DNA from: a virus
Strand: one strand, 5' to 3'
Virus record (IMG/VR): IMGVR_UViG_3300032782_000007
Location: 9,240-73,239 of that record
Length of the DNA stretch: 64,000 nt
In this document: in pieces, positions 29,646-38,842 of the stretch
Layout of the letters: every line of letters starts with the position of its first letter
Position numbering within the stretch: the first letter of the stretch is position 1
Notes under the pieces: model-generated
Database searches by the model: none
What the model saw: the letters and a program-made list of their open reading frames with translations, nothing else
Told to the model about the DNA's origin: nothing
Made by a program: the position numbers and the translations under genes

Positions 29646-29903
29646 CCACGCCAGGTCTGGTGTGTCCTCGGCGATGTGGAGGGACTCAAAGTCGCCGCTC
29701 CACGCGCATGTGAACTCGCACGTTGGCGCCGGGCAGGCGAAGCATTTCCAGTCGGTACTCGATTGCCCGTAGATCGACTTGTTATCCCGATAGGGAGGCA
29801 TGAGTCGTTTCGGGACCCTCCAGAGAGCGGTCCCGCAATCCGGACAAATCATTTTACGCGCCAAGGCCGCGCGTCGTCCGTGGCTGTCTTCCGTCTTAGG
29901 CAT
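29631..29903 (-). CDS. Zinc-ribbon hypothetical protein
   Basis: CPDC and C..C...C motifs; coupled to the HNH pseudogene. Confidence 0.5.
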   Translation of the reverse strand: MPKTEDSHGRRAALARKMICPDCGTALWRVPKRLMPPYRDNKSIYGQSSTDWKCFACPAPTCEFTCAWSGDFESLHIAEDTPDLAWSPTE

Positions 29904-30241
29904 CAGGATCCTCCGCGTAATCCCACGCGTCTAGTGTGCCAATCGGTTCGTGTTCGAGAAAGCCGGGGTGGAGTCCGTCGTGGACTTCTCTGTGGCAATT
30001 CGCACAGAGCAGGATGGTGCGGTCGATCTCGTTCTTGATAGCGTCCCAAGAGGTGAGGCGACTCGAGATCGAAAATTCCTTGAGCCAGCCAGACTTGCGG
30101 ATGGCGCATGTCGAACGCCGCCGCACAGCGGTTGTAGCCACAGATCGTGCACTTGCCGCCGAGGTAGTCGATGGCCCGCTGACGAAGTTCTTTTCGTCGC
30201 TGCGCGCGGACTCGACGCTGTTCAGGCTTTTCGGCCACCAT
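29896..30241 (-). pseudogene. HNH endonuclease frameshifted by a 4-bp duplication
   Basis: GGKCTICGY..C in one frame and KEFSIS...LLCANCHREVH in another; removing one GCCA copy (30084-30091) restores ...PQVWLKEFSIS. Confidence 0.8.
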
Positions 30242-30280
30242 TTAAGTTTACGTCGAGTTTGACGTACGCGTACTTCGATT

Positions 30281-30892
30281 GTGCTGTACTCTCGAAAAGT
30301 GACGGCCGATTTGGAAACGCGGTTGGGGCCCGAGAGTTCTCTCGAAACCGAGAGAAAGGCCTGGGTCAAAGCGGTAACGCAGAACTATCGCGAACGTTGC
30401 GGGAATTGCGGCGGCGCGGAGAATTTGCGTGCGCGTCTGATCGTGCCTGAAGAGAATGGTGGTCGACTGGTGGAGGCCAACGGAGTTCTGCTTTGTCGGG
30501 CGTGCGATATTGCGTCGGAGCCCAGGGCAAAGAAGAGCGGCGATCAGCGACTGGTCAACTTCTGGGTGAGTCGAAAGCTCTTCGACAGCATCAAGCTAAG
30601 CGTCGACGGGAATCCGCTGTTCGCGTCGATGGGCGCGCTAGTTCGTTGCCTGATGAGCCGATACACCGAGGATCCTTCGCGCTACGAAGATCTCGAGCTG
30701 TTTCAAGACGACGATCTCAGTATGGATCCAAAGACCAAAATCAACGTCTGGGTGGATCGTGGGGAGTATGCGGCCTTCAAAGAGGCGCTTGATACACGAG
30801 GGATGACAGTTACGGACGCGCTCAAATCGTTGATCGTGGCCTACCAGATGGAAGTTGAGCCGATGATTGCTCAGGAGAGAAGCGATGTCTGA
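30281..30892 (+). CDS. Degenerate HNH zinc domain fused to two RHH-like domains (putative regulator)
   Basis: CGNCG...GG....NGVLLCRAC lacking His residues; LVNFWVS and INVWVD strand-helix-helix repeats. Confidence 0.55.
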   Translation: MLYSRKVTADLETRLGPESSLETERKAWVKAVTQNYRERCGNCGGAENLRARLIVPEENGGRLVEANGVLLCRACDIASEPRAKKSGDQRLVNFWVSRKLFDSIKLSVDGNPLFASMGALVRCLMSRYTEDPSRYEDLELFQDDDLSMDPKTKINVWVDRGEYAAFKEALDTRGMTVTDALKSLIVAYQMEVEPMIAQERSDV

Positions 30893-31679
30893 CGAGAAGC
30901 AGCGAGTGACCGAGCAGGCCATGTTTCAGGAGCACCAGGTACAGGATCCGCACGCACCTCTCGGGGTGTTCGATCTGCCGTGCGGGTACTTGGCCCCCAA
31001 TGGCGAGCTGATCAAAGAGGTGAGGGTGAGGGAGATCACCGGCGCCGAAGAGGACATGCTTGCGGTGCGGACGATGAACGGCGGCAAGAAGATGACGCAG
31101 CTCATCGGAAACTGCCTTGAGCAGCTAGGACCTGTCGTCGATCGACCGCTTCTCCTAAAGCTGGCTCGAGACCTCACGATCGGCGATCGCGTGTTCCTTC
31201 TGTTTGCGATTCGGAGGGTCACTCTCGGGGACGTGTTCCCGGTCGAAGAGAAGTGCCCGGAATGCCAGAAGAAGAGCAACTTCTACATCGACGTCTCGAA
31301 GCTCACCATTAAGGCAATGCCAACCCCGAGCAAACGCGTGTACGCGTACACGTCGACAAGCGGGAAGACGACCGCGCAGTGGCACGTCATGACTGGAAAG
31401 GATGAGGAGGCGCTCTCTGCGCTCGCGTCGAGCGATGCCCTCTCGGGGGCACTCCTGGCGCGGCTGGACGTGCTCAACGGAGGCCCACCGACCCTTGATA
31501 CGGTCAAAAAGCTTTCGCTGCCAGAGCGAACCGCGCTGCGCGAGGAGTTCGATCGACACGAAGGTGGCGTGGACACTGAGGCGGCTGTGGAATGTGGTCA
31601 CTGCGGTCACGAGTTCAAAGTCGAACTCAATCCGGGCGCGACAGGTTTTTTCTTCCCTTCTCGGGTACGGAAGGCCTAG
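30885..31679 (+). CDS. Tail assembly chaperone / baseplate hub assembly protein (gp26-like)
   Basis: LPCGY, REITGAEED, GDRVFLLFAIRRVTLG, CPEC, CGHC; directly before the tape measure. Confidence 0.8.
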   Translation: MSDEKQRVTEQAMFQEHQVQDPHAPLGVFDLPCGYLAPNGELIKEVRVREITGAEEDMLAVRTMNGGKKMTQLIGNCLEQLGPVVDRPLLLKLARDLTIGDRVFLLFAIRRVTLGDVFPVEEKCPECQKKSNFYIDVSKLTIKAMPTPSKRVYAYTSTSGKTTAQWHVMTGKDEEALSALASSDALSGALLARLDVLNGGPPTLDTVKKLSLPERTALREEFDRHEGGVDTEAAVECGHCGHEFKVELNPGATGFFFPSRVRKA

Positions 31680-31819
31680 AGACCGAATACCTATTCTTCC
31701 TGGAGAGTTGGCAGACGTCGTATGCAGACTTTCTAAGCATCCCGACCACACGACGAAGACGAATCATCGACATGAAGATCAAGCTCGAGGAGCGCAGAAA
31801 ACGAGATCTGAAGCGGTAG
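31646..31819 (+). other. -1 programmed frameshift (T TTT TTC) producing an extended chaperone
   Basis: -1 frame open to 31819 (LPFSGTEGLETEYLFFLESWQTSYADFLSIPTTRRRRII...); canonical position before the tape measure. Confidence 0.8.
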
Positions 31820-31877
31820 GGCCGTTAGACTAGCAAGGGGGAGAAGGTCCGTACGGACTTTCATGTTTAGCTGAAAG

Positions 31878-34787
31878 ATGAGTCTCAACTTCTCAGGCAT
31901 AGGCGCATCGGTGTCGGTGAAAGACGATGGCGCAACTGACTTCACGAAGCACTTCTCTGATGGGCTAGACAAGGCCGCGTCGAAGATGGACGCGCTTGGT
32001 GATCGAGGACGCGCCTCGAAAATTGAGGCCTCTCAAGAAGGCATCACCCACGGATTTACGAGCATGCTCGGATCGGTGCTCGCACTTGCTACGGGCGTTC
32101 CGGTGATCGGGAAGCTCCTCGATGCGATGGGCGCAGGCAAGATCGCAGGAGCCGTCATGCAGATCGGGCATCTCGCCAACGCTGGTCAGCAGCTGACGAC
32201 GGACTTCGAGGCGACATCCCAGGCGATCTCCGCATCCACACGAAAAGTACTGGGCCAGGCAGGCCTGATGGGGAAAGAGCTAGATAAGGCGAACGGCCAA
32301 GCCGCGGGCATGGCGATGGGCATGAAGATCTCCGAAAAGACCGCCGGTGATGCTGTGGCTTCGATGGCCCAGTTCGGAGCGGAATTGAAGGCCTTCGGCA
32401 TCAACTCGGCGGTGACAGGCGCAAAGCTAGAAGACGGATTGAATATCCCGATTCGCGACCTCGCCATGAATGCCAGACGCATGAAGACCGAGTTCGGCGC
32501 GAATGACAAGCAGCTGAGTGAGGTCGCGAAAACCCTTACAGGGGTGGGCGAGATCGTTCACGACATGAAAGGCCCGTTCGAGGCGCTCCCGCAGATGATG
32601 GAACTGGCCTCGAAACGCGCAAATCTCGTTGCTCGAGGGCTCTCGGACATCGGTGGCACCGAATCGATCAAGGCGGTCTCGCGCGCTCAGGCAGCGCTCT
32701 ATCAGCTCGGCTTGGATTCAAAGACCGCGCAGATGGGCGCGATCTCTCTCGAGTCGAAGATGACCGAAGCGATGGAGGGCTTCGGCAACATGTTCGCAGG
32801 GACAGAGGCGGATCTTCATCCCTTGCTGTCTTCGTATGCGATCATCTCCGGCGATGTCGAGCAAGCGTTCAAGAACGCGAAAAAAGGGCCCGATGTGATG
32901 ATCAAGTCCCTCGCCGCGGCGGTCCAGAAGCTCAAAGCGGAGCACGGGGATGTCGGTAGCTTCCTCAACATGCTTCAGGGTCAGCTCGGCAAAGTTGACG
33001 CGAACATGGCCTCGGCGCTCGTAGGGGCACTCAAAAACGTCACCAAAGAGAAGCTCGAGACGATCAACACCACGAAGGTAGTGGGTAAGGACCTGACCAA
33101 GGTAGCCAACGACGTTTGGCGATCGACGTTGACGCTGGACGAGTCGTTCAAGATGGCAATGGGCGCGGGAATGGCGACCTTCCGCAATCTCGGCCGGAGT
33201 GCTGCGGTGGACTTTGTTCACAAGTCCGTCACCGCCTTTGGCGAGTTCAACAAGTGGGCGGCCGACACCGTAAAGACCGGCGGTCCTCTCGGGGCCGTCG
33301 TCCAGAAGATGTCCGAGATGTCTTCTCTCGGCGTGAAGGCGCTCCTGCCGAAGACATGGCAGCCTGCGGTGGCGGTGTTCGGACAGCTCTACGACAGCCT
33401 CGGACCCTCGTTGGACGCGATGGGTAAGATGCAGCAGGCGGTTTCTGGGCTGCTCAATCCGTGGACGCTTCTATCGGCGGCGGTCGGCGGGTTCATCGCC
33501 CTAATCTACTCGAACAAGGCGCCCGGAAATACATGGGCGGATGCGTTCAACGCCTCTCTCGACACGGTCAAGAAGTACGCGACAGAGTGGACGCAGAAGA
33601 TCCTGAACTGGGCAGACACATTTCCGTGGGAAACGGTATTCAAAACACTGGCGGACGGCCTCAAAGGCGCGATTCAGGGGCTGACCAGCGTGCTCAACGG
33701 GATCGGAACCGATCTCGATCTTCCTAAAGCGGTCGGCGAGGGTGTAACGGGCCAAAATGGCGAGGCGAACAAGACCTTCGCCGAAGTGGGCGCGCACATC
33801 TCCAAGGCATTTCACGATGCCTTTGACAGCATCGATTGGGGCGCCCTTCTGAACGGACTTTGGGAGGCCCTTAAGGGAGCCTACGAGCGAGAGAAGCCGA
33901 AGGTGATGGCGTTCTTCCACAACATCTTCGGGGAAGGCTCGCTCTGGGACGAAGTCACCAAGGAAGTCTCGGACAAAGCAGAGCAGATGCTCGGAGCGGT
34001 GCTCGACCGAATTGCGAAGTCCGTATCGATCGCGGACAAGTTCGGCGGCGTCATTACCTCCCTTATCGGAACCGGCTTCGCAACGGCGGTCGGAGGGGCT
34101 GCAAATCTCTTTGGAGGCAAGGACAAGGCTCCTAGCGCGCTACTCGGAATCGACATGGCTGCGACGGAGAAGGTCATCGGAGCCGCCATCGAGAACGTCA
34201 AGAGCATGCTCAAGAAGAACCTGATCGACTCGGTTACCGAGGGCGTTACGAAAGCGTTCACGGACGCCTTCAAGACCATCATGGATAAGACAACAGTCTT
34301 CCTAGATGATCAGACGAAGGGCTTCAAGATGCTCACCGACAACATCTACAAGGCCTTCCAGAGCATGTGGGTAGCGATTCTCGAGGACATCGACGAGGCG
34401 ACCAAGGCGACCAAGACGACCATCAAAGGCGCGCTCGGAGATCTGCAACAGCTGAAGATCGCGCTCGAAGAGGTGCGTTCGGCAAAGCAGGCGGTGAACA
34501 ACTCAGGCCAGGATGTCAAAACAGCGGCTGAGTTCAAGCCCACGGGGGATCTCACGGAGGTCATTGCCAAGCAGTCGGCGTGGCCTGATTGGTACACAGA
34601 CGCCTCCGGAGGCTTCTCCACCCAGTTCCAGCGAGGCGTCGCCGACATCGTCGCGGCCGTTGCGGCGAACAAAGTCCAGGTTGTCGCGGGTAACACGGCC
34701 GGCGCTCGAGACGACATTCGAGGGAGACTCGCTCCCTCTCTTCGCGATTCGACCGGGCCTAACACCAACGCGCCTCCGCAGCGATGA
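31878..34787 (+). CDS. Tape measure protein
   Basis: 969-aa Ala/Gly-rich helical ORF between chaperone and baseplate genes. Confidence 0.85.
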   Translation: MSLNFSGIGASVSVKDDGATDFTKHFSDGLDKAASKMDALGDRGRASKIEASQEGITHGFTSMLGSVLALATGVPVIGKLLDAMGAGKIAGAVMQIGHLANAGQQLTTDFEATSQAISASTRKVLGQAGLMGKELDKANGQAAGMAMGMKISEKTAGDAVASMAQFGAELKAFGINSAVTGAKLEDGLNIPIRDLAMNARRMKTEFGANDKQLSEVAKTLTGVGEIVHDMKGPFEALPQMMELASKRANLVARGLSDIGGTESIKAVSRAQAALYQLGLDSKTAQMGAISLESKMTEAMEGFGNMFAGTEADLHPLLSSYAIISGDVEQAFKNAKKGPDVMIKSLAAAVQKLKAEHGDVGSFLNMLQGQLGKVDANMASALVGALKNVTKEKLETINTTKVVGKDLTKVANDVWRSTLTLDESFKMAMGAGMATFRNLGRSAAVDFVHKSVTAFGEFNKWAADTVKTGGPLGAVVQKMSEMSSLGVKALLPKTWQPAVAVFGQLYDSLGPSLDAMGKMQQAVSGLLNPWTLLSAAVGGFIALIYSNKAPGNTWADAFNASLDTVKKYATEWTQKILNWADTFPWETVFKTLADGLKGAIQGLTSVLNGIGTDLDLPKAVGEGVTGQNGEANKTFAEVGAHISKAFHDAFDSIDWGALLNGLWEALKGAYEREKPKVMAFFHNIFGEGSLWDEVTKEVSDKAEQMLGAVLDRIAKSVSIADKFGGVITSLIGTGFATAVGGAANLFGGKDKAPSALLGIDMAATEKVIGAAIENVKSMLKKNLIDSVTEGVTKAFTDAFKTIMDKTTVFLDDQTKGFKMLTDNIYKAFQSMWVAILEDIDEATKATKTTIKGALGDLQQLKIALEEVRSAKQAVNNSGQDVKTAAEFKPTGDLTEVIAKQSAWPDWYTDASGGFSTQFQRGVADIVAAVAANKVQVVAGNTAGARDDIRGRLAPSLRDSTGPNTNAPPQR

Positions 34788-35098
34788 CGATCAGCGTTCG
34801 CACCCGTAGTAGACTCCGATTCGGGTCAGTCCAACTGATCGACGGCGTGGAGTTCTGGGATCTTCTGCAGCTCCCAGATATTCCGATCCAGCAGGATGAC
34901 ATTCTCTATCCCGTCCAAGGGGCAGACCGGATCGACAGCATTGCCAACGCGTTCTACGGAGATCCGATCTTGTGGTGGGTGATCGCGCTCGCCAACGACA
35001 TGGACCTTCTTCCGCCCGATCTCCAGGTCGGCTCGACCATCCGAATCCCCGCACCTCGTTACGTGCTCCAGGTGCTCTTTACGAACACGAGTAAGTGA
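34784..35098 (+). CDS. LysM-like baseplate protein (gp53/gpX-like)
   Basis: DRIDSIANAFYGDPILWWVIALAN...GSTIRIP. Confidence 0.85.
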   Translation: MTISVRTRSRLRFGSVQLIDGVEFWDLLQLPDIPIQQDDILYPVQGADRIDSIANAFYGDPILWWVIALANDMDLLPPDLQVGSTIRIPAPRYVLQVLFTNTSK

Positions 35099-36540
35099 TG
35101 GCCGACGTAACCTCGATTGCCGAAGAGTACAACTTCTTCAATCCGTTCATGTCGGCGCGGATCATCACGCAGACAGATAGCTTTCCGTTGTGGACGTCCG
35201 GCGCAACCAGCTCGTCCTTCCAAAATAGCGCGAAGGCCCTAAACGGCTTGAACGCTCTGGCGTTCGTCCGAGAAATTACGGTAGAGAATCAACTGGGCGA
35301 CATTCCGATCATCTCGGTCACCCTCACGCCCCCCTACGAGGATGGGATCAAGTTCATCGACAGCGAGCTTATCGAATTCGGCCAGAAGTCGACGAACATG
35401 CGTCTGCAGGTTCAAATCGGTTATGCCAATACCGGCGGGAAAACGGCCATTCTTTCGGACATTTTTGAAGGCGCATTGCTGAAACCGCCGGAGGTGCGTT
35501 TTGGCGCCGACATGTCCATCACCCTTCACGCGCAGGGTATTGGGGGAAGTACCGCGGCGGGCCAGGTTGCGTCAGCGCGAACGTTCAAGGGCGTCACTCT
35601 AGGCGAGGCCGTGACCCAGCTGTGTCAGGCCATCGGATGGGGAATCGATCTCTCCTTGGCGAACAAGTACGACCGCTCGCAGAAAGCGTTCGCCCAAACG
35701 ATCAACGAGTGTCAGGGCTGGAATACCGACTTGTTCTTCCTGCGGCAGCTCCTGCGTAAGGCTGGCTGTTCGATGTACATGACGCAGGATTCCCAGACGG
35801 GCAAAGGGGTTTGTCAGGTTCTGCCTCATCAAGCGCTGTATTCGGACGCGCAGCCCACGCACATCCTCTCGTTGTACGGAACGCCAGGGACGCTCGGCGG
35901 GGTTGTCTATCCAATCCTCACAGCGCAGTCCTCTTTCAGTGCGATGTGGCTGACCGGGATTCGCAAACTGATCATGAGGGATATCGATAACGAGACGAAG
36001 CAGCTCACGAAGAAGACGTTTGACGACTCGACAGAAAAAGCGCCCGTTACGTGGGGAGGCTCGGCGGATCCCGTAGGCTCGCCGGAAACGGTGCCGAAGC
36101 CGAGCGATGACGGCACTGAGAACTACATTCACGCCCCAGGAGATCCTAAAGATCAGGAGGCAATTCTAGCCACGTCGAGCGCTTACTCACAGTATCGGTT
36201 GGCATTCGCGATCGATCTCGATCTCGAGACCATAGGAGTACCCACCCTCACGCCTCGCCAGGTGGTCGCGGTCTCGGGCCTGGGAATGCGCCTGGACACT
36301 CGAGGTCCGCACGGACCGAAATACGCAGTTCAGAAGGTAGTCCATCGAATCGGGGCGGGCGGATACACCACGAGCATTCACGCGATCGCAAACACGGCCG
36401 GAGAATTGGTCGCGCAAGACGCGGCATGGGCGCCCGCTTCGGGTCCGGTCAACCAAAACGACGTCCCCAAAGACGACAACTCCAACACCGTCGCGATGAG
36501 CAGCGACAGTAATGACACCGGGGTTCCCCCGCTTCCTTAG
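35095..36540 (+). CDS. Baseplate hub (gp27/gpD-like)
   Basis: VQIGY, TDLFFLRQL, IGVPTL...V.GLG, YAVQKVVHRI..GGYTT. Confidence 0.8.
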   Translation: MMADVTSIAEEYNFFNPFMSARIITQTDSFPLWTSGATSSSFQNSAKALNGLNALAFVREITVENQLGDIPIISVTLTPPYEDGIKFIDSELIEFGQKSTNMRLQVQIGYANTGGKTAILSDIFEGALLKPPEVRFGADMSITLHAQGIGGSTAAGQVASARTFKGVTLGEAVTQLCQAIGWGIDLSLANKYDRSQKAFAQTINECQGWNTDLFFLRQLLRKAGCSMYMTQDSQTGKGVCQVLPHQALYSDAQPTHILSLYGTPGTLGGVVYPILTAQSSFSAMWLTGIRKLIMRDIDNETKQLTKKTFDDSTEKAPVTWGGSADPVGSPETVPKPSDDGTENYIHAPGDPKDQEAILATSSAYSQYRLAFAIDLDLETIGVPTLTPRQVVAVSGLGMRLDTRGPHGPKYAVQKVVHRIGAGGYTTSIHAIANTAGELVAQDAAWAPASGPVNQNDVPKDDNSNTVAMSSDSNDTGVPPLP

Positions 36541-36549
36541 GACTTTCAG

Positions 36550-37509
36550 ATGGACTTCGAAAACTGGCTCTATAACCTCAAAGACAAGGGCCTCGGGTTT
36601 GCCACCCAGCGTTACTACGGGATCTATCGAGGCGTGGTCACATCAAACCAAGATCCGGACAAGCGCGGACGGATTCAGGTGCATTGCCCGCAGGTAGGTC
36701 AGGCGAGCGCGCCAGACAAATGGATCATGCCCGCCTTTGCCGGCAGTGGAAATCGACGCGGGATGTTCTTCGCCCCCGAGGTCGATGACACGGTTTGGGT
36801 CTCTTTCTACGAGGGCGATCCGGCGAAGCCCGAGGTGTACTGGGGAGGGTGGTTTGGAGTGCCCACTCCAGGAACCACCGACGTCCCTGACGCGCTGGCG
36901 CAGAAAACGGATTTCCCAGAGAAGAAAGGTTTTGTGACACGAGCCGGTCACATGCTCGTGTTCAACGACGAGGCTGGAAACGAATCGGTCACGATCATGT
37001 GGAACAAGCCCGCCGATGGAGATCCTGCCGTAACGGATCGAAAGCAGACGGCGAAGCAGAATCCCAAGAAGTGTTCGGTCTTCGCGTTCGACAAGAACGG
37101 CTCGATGCTCCTGAAAACGCCGAGTTCGTACATGTTCCAAATCGATGATGACAAAAAGACCGTCACGCTCACAACGCCGAACGGCTCGCTGCTCTCGTTC
37201 GATCCGGACGATGTCGTCAGTCTCATGCACAAAAGCGGAGCCTACATGTCAATGGGCGACAATTCGATCGACATCACGGCGAATACATCCAAAGCGCAGA
37301 ATGTGAACGTCTCCGCTCAGAACGTGAACCTCAATGCGGGCGGTGTGAACATCGGGGGCAAGGCCATCGATTTCGCGGTGCTCGGAACGAAGCTGATTCT
37401 CTGGTTGGCCACCCACATCCACTCGACCGCCTTGGGGCCTAGCACGCCGCCTATCGTCCCTCCGACCCCTGCGGACTTTTTGTCCAAGACGGTAAAGGTA
37501 CAGCCCTAA
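36550..37509 (+). CDS. Central spike (gp5/gpV/VgrG OB-fold)
   Basis: YYGIYRGVV..NQDPDKRGRIQV, PEVDDTVWVSFYEGDP..P.YWG, TRAGH.L.F.D. Confidence 0.9.
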   Translation: MDFENWLYNLKDKGLGFATQRYYGIYRGVVTSNQDPDKRGRIQVHCPQVGQASAPDKWIMPAFAGSGNRRGMFFAPEVDDTVWVSFYEGDPAKPEVYWGGWFGVPTPGTTDVPDALAQKTDFPEKKGFVTRAGHMLVFNDEAGNESVTIMWNKPADGDPAVTDRKQTAKQNPKKCSVFAFDKNGSMLLKTPSSYMFQIDDDKKTVTLTTPNGSLLSFDPDDVVSLMHKSGAYMSMGDNSIDITANTSKAQNVNVSAQNVNLNAGGVNIGGKAIDFAVLGTKLILWLATHIHSTALGPSTPPIVPPTPADFLSKTVKVQP

Positions 37510-37994
37510 TGCCTCTTATTCCGATGACACTCCAGGGTCCGCTCACGCAGTTGTTCACACAGACAGCTCCGACTCCCGAACAGTCCGCGGAGACAATGGC
37601 AAATGCGTACGCGCAGTACGCGTCTACCGCGCTTTTTGGTGCAGGGGTTCCGATCTTTACGGGCCTAGAGAAGGCCACGATGAAGGCGACCCTCCTAGCG
37701 GTGTTGAACCCGGCAATTCCGAATCCTGCGGGATTTGCAGGGGCGTGGTCCTCGGGGATCTCCGCATTCTGGCTGAGCCCGCCGATCATGGTTGGAGGCG
37801 CCCTAGCCGGCCCCGTAACATCCGTTCCCGGAGCCGCCTCGATTGTCGCAGCGATGCTCCCGCTGTTGATAATCCCCTCGAAGCCGGCGGCTCTAGCTGC
37901 AGCGGGACTGACAGCGGCGATCCACGCAGCGACGCTTACGACGATTGCGACGCTCCAGCCGCCGCCCGGTGGGGCTCCGGTCCCGATCTCTTAA
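37509..37994 (+). CDS. Hydrophobic Ala/Pro-rich baseplate-region protein
   Basis: Coupled to the spike gene. Confidence 0.55.
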   Translation: MPLIPMTLQGPLTQLFTQTAPTPEQSAETMANAYAQYASTALFGAGVPIFTGLEKATMKATLLAVLNPAIPNPAGFAGAWSSGISAFWLSPPIMVGGALAGPVTSVPGAASIVAAMLPLLIIPSKPAALAAAGLTAAIHAATLTTIATLQPPPGGAPVPIS

Positions 37995-38000
37995 GGGATC

Positions 38001-38390
38001 ATGGCTGATCCGTGCGGCTTTTCGATCAAGCTTCCGTCGCTGAGTCTTCCGATTCCAGCGTTCGCACTGCCATCGCTGCCCGTTCTAAAATTACCGCAAC
38101 TGCCGTCGATCTCGCTGCCCGATCTGGGGATAGACCTAGGGATCACGATCAAGCTCCCGTCGCTGAGTCTCCCGCTTCCAGCGTTCGCGCTTCCGTCACT
38201 GCCGACAATTAAGCTTCCACAACTACCGTCGATCTCTCTTCCCGACTTGGGTATCGATCTTGGGATCACGATCAAGCTTCCCTCGTTGAGTCTGCCTATC
38301 CCTGCGTTCGCGTTGCCAAGTCTTCCGACGATCAAACTGCCACAGCTTCCGTCACTCCCTGACTGTCCGCTGGCGGCGCTATTTGGGTAA
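38001..38390 (+). CDS. Leu/Pro/Ser repeat protein, 41-aa unit, terminal cysteines
   Basis: Units start at 38025, 38148 and 38271 (123-bp period); differences mostly synonymous. Confidence 0.7.
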   Translation: MADPCGFSIKLPSLSLPIPAFALPSLPVLKLPQLPSISLPDLGIDLGITIKLPSLSLPLPAFALPSLPTIKLPQLPSISLPDLGIDLGITIKLPSLSLPIPAFALPSLPTIKLPQLPSLPDCPLAALFG

Positions 38391-38434
38391 CGATTTGGAC
38401 GCGGAACTCCAGCGAATCGGGTACTTTAATAGTG

Positions 38435-38842
38435 ATGGCTACGTCTTCGCCACAGTTCATCGGCTTCTCCTTCCCGTTCAGGAGTGATCCGGTCTCTGGA
38501 TTTCCCGCGGCGGCGACCGATGCAGACCTGATCAAGCAGTCGCTTCTTCAGCTGGTGTTGACGGGCTCGGGAGAACGAGTGATGCGGCCTGCCGTCGGTA
38601 GCGGCGTCTATTCGTACCTCTTCGAAGACAATAACGCGCTCCTCCAAGAACGAATTTCACTCGATCTCAGTAGCCTGATTGGTCGGTTTGAGCCGCGAGT
38701 GGCGCTGACCGGTATCACGGTCACTCCGGGCGATCCGAGCGTTGGCGGCGATCCGGCGCGCGTTGATGTAGTCATCTCGTACGTCATCTTGGCGACCGGG
38801 CAATCGGCACAAGCGACGCTTACCTTCACGAAGGCGCAGTAA
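38435..38842 (+). CDS. Baseplate wedge / sheath initiator (gp25-like)
   Basis: FPF, LIKQSLLQLVLT..GERVMRP..GS...YLFE, FEPRV. Confidence 0.92.
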   Translation: MATSSPQFIGFSFPFRSDPVSGFPAAATDADLIKQSLLQLVLTGSGERVMRPAVGSGVYSYLFEDNNALLQERISLDLSSLIGRFEPRVALTGITVTPGDPSVGGDPARVDVVISYVILATGQSAQATLTFTKAQ

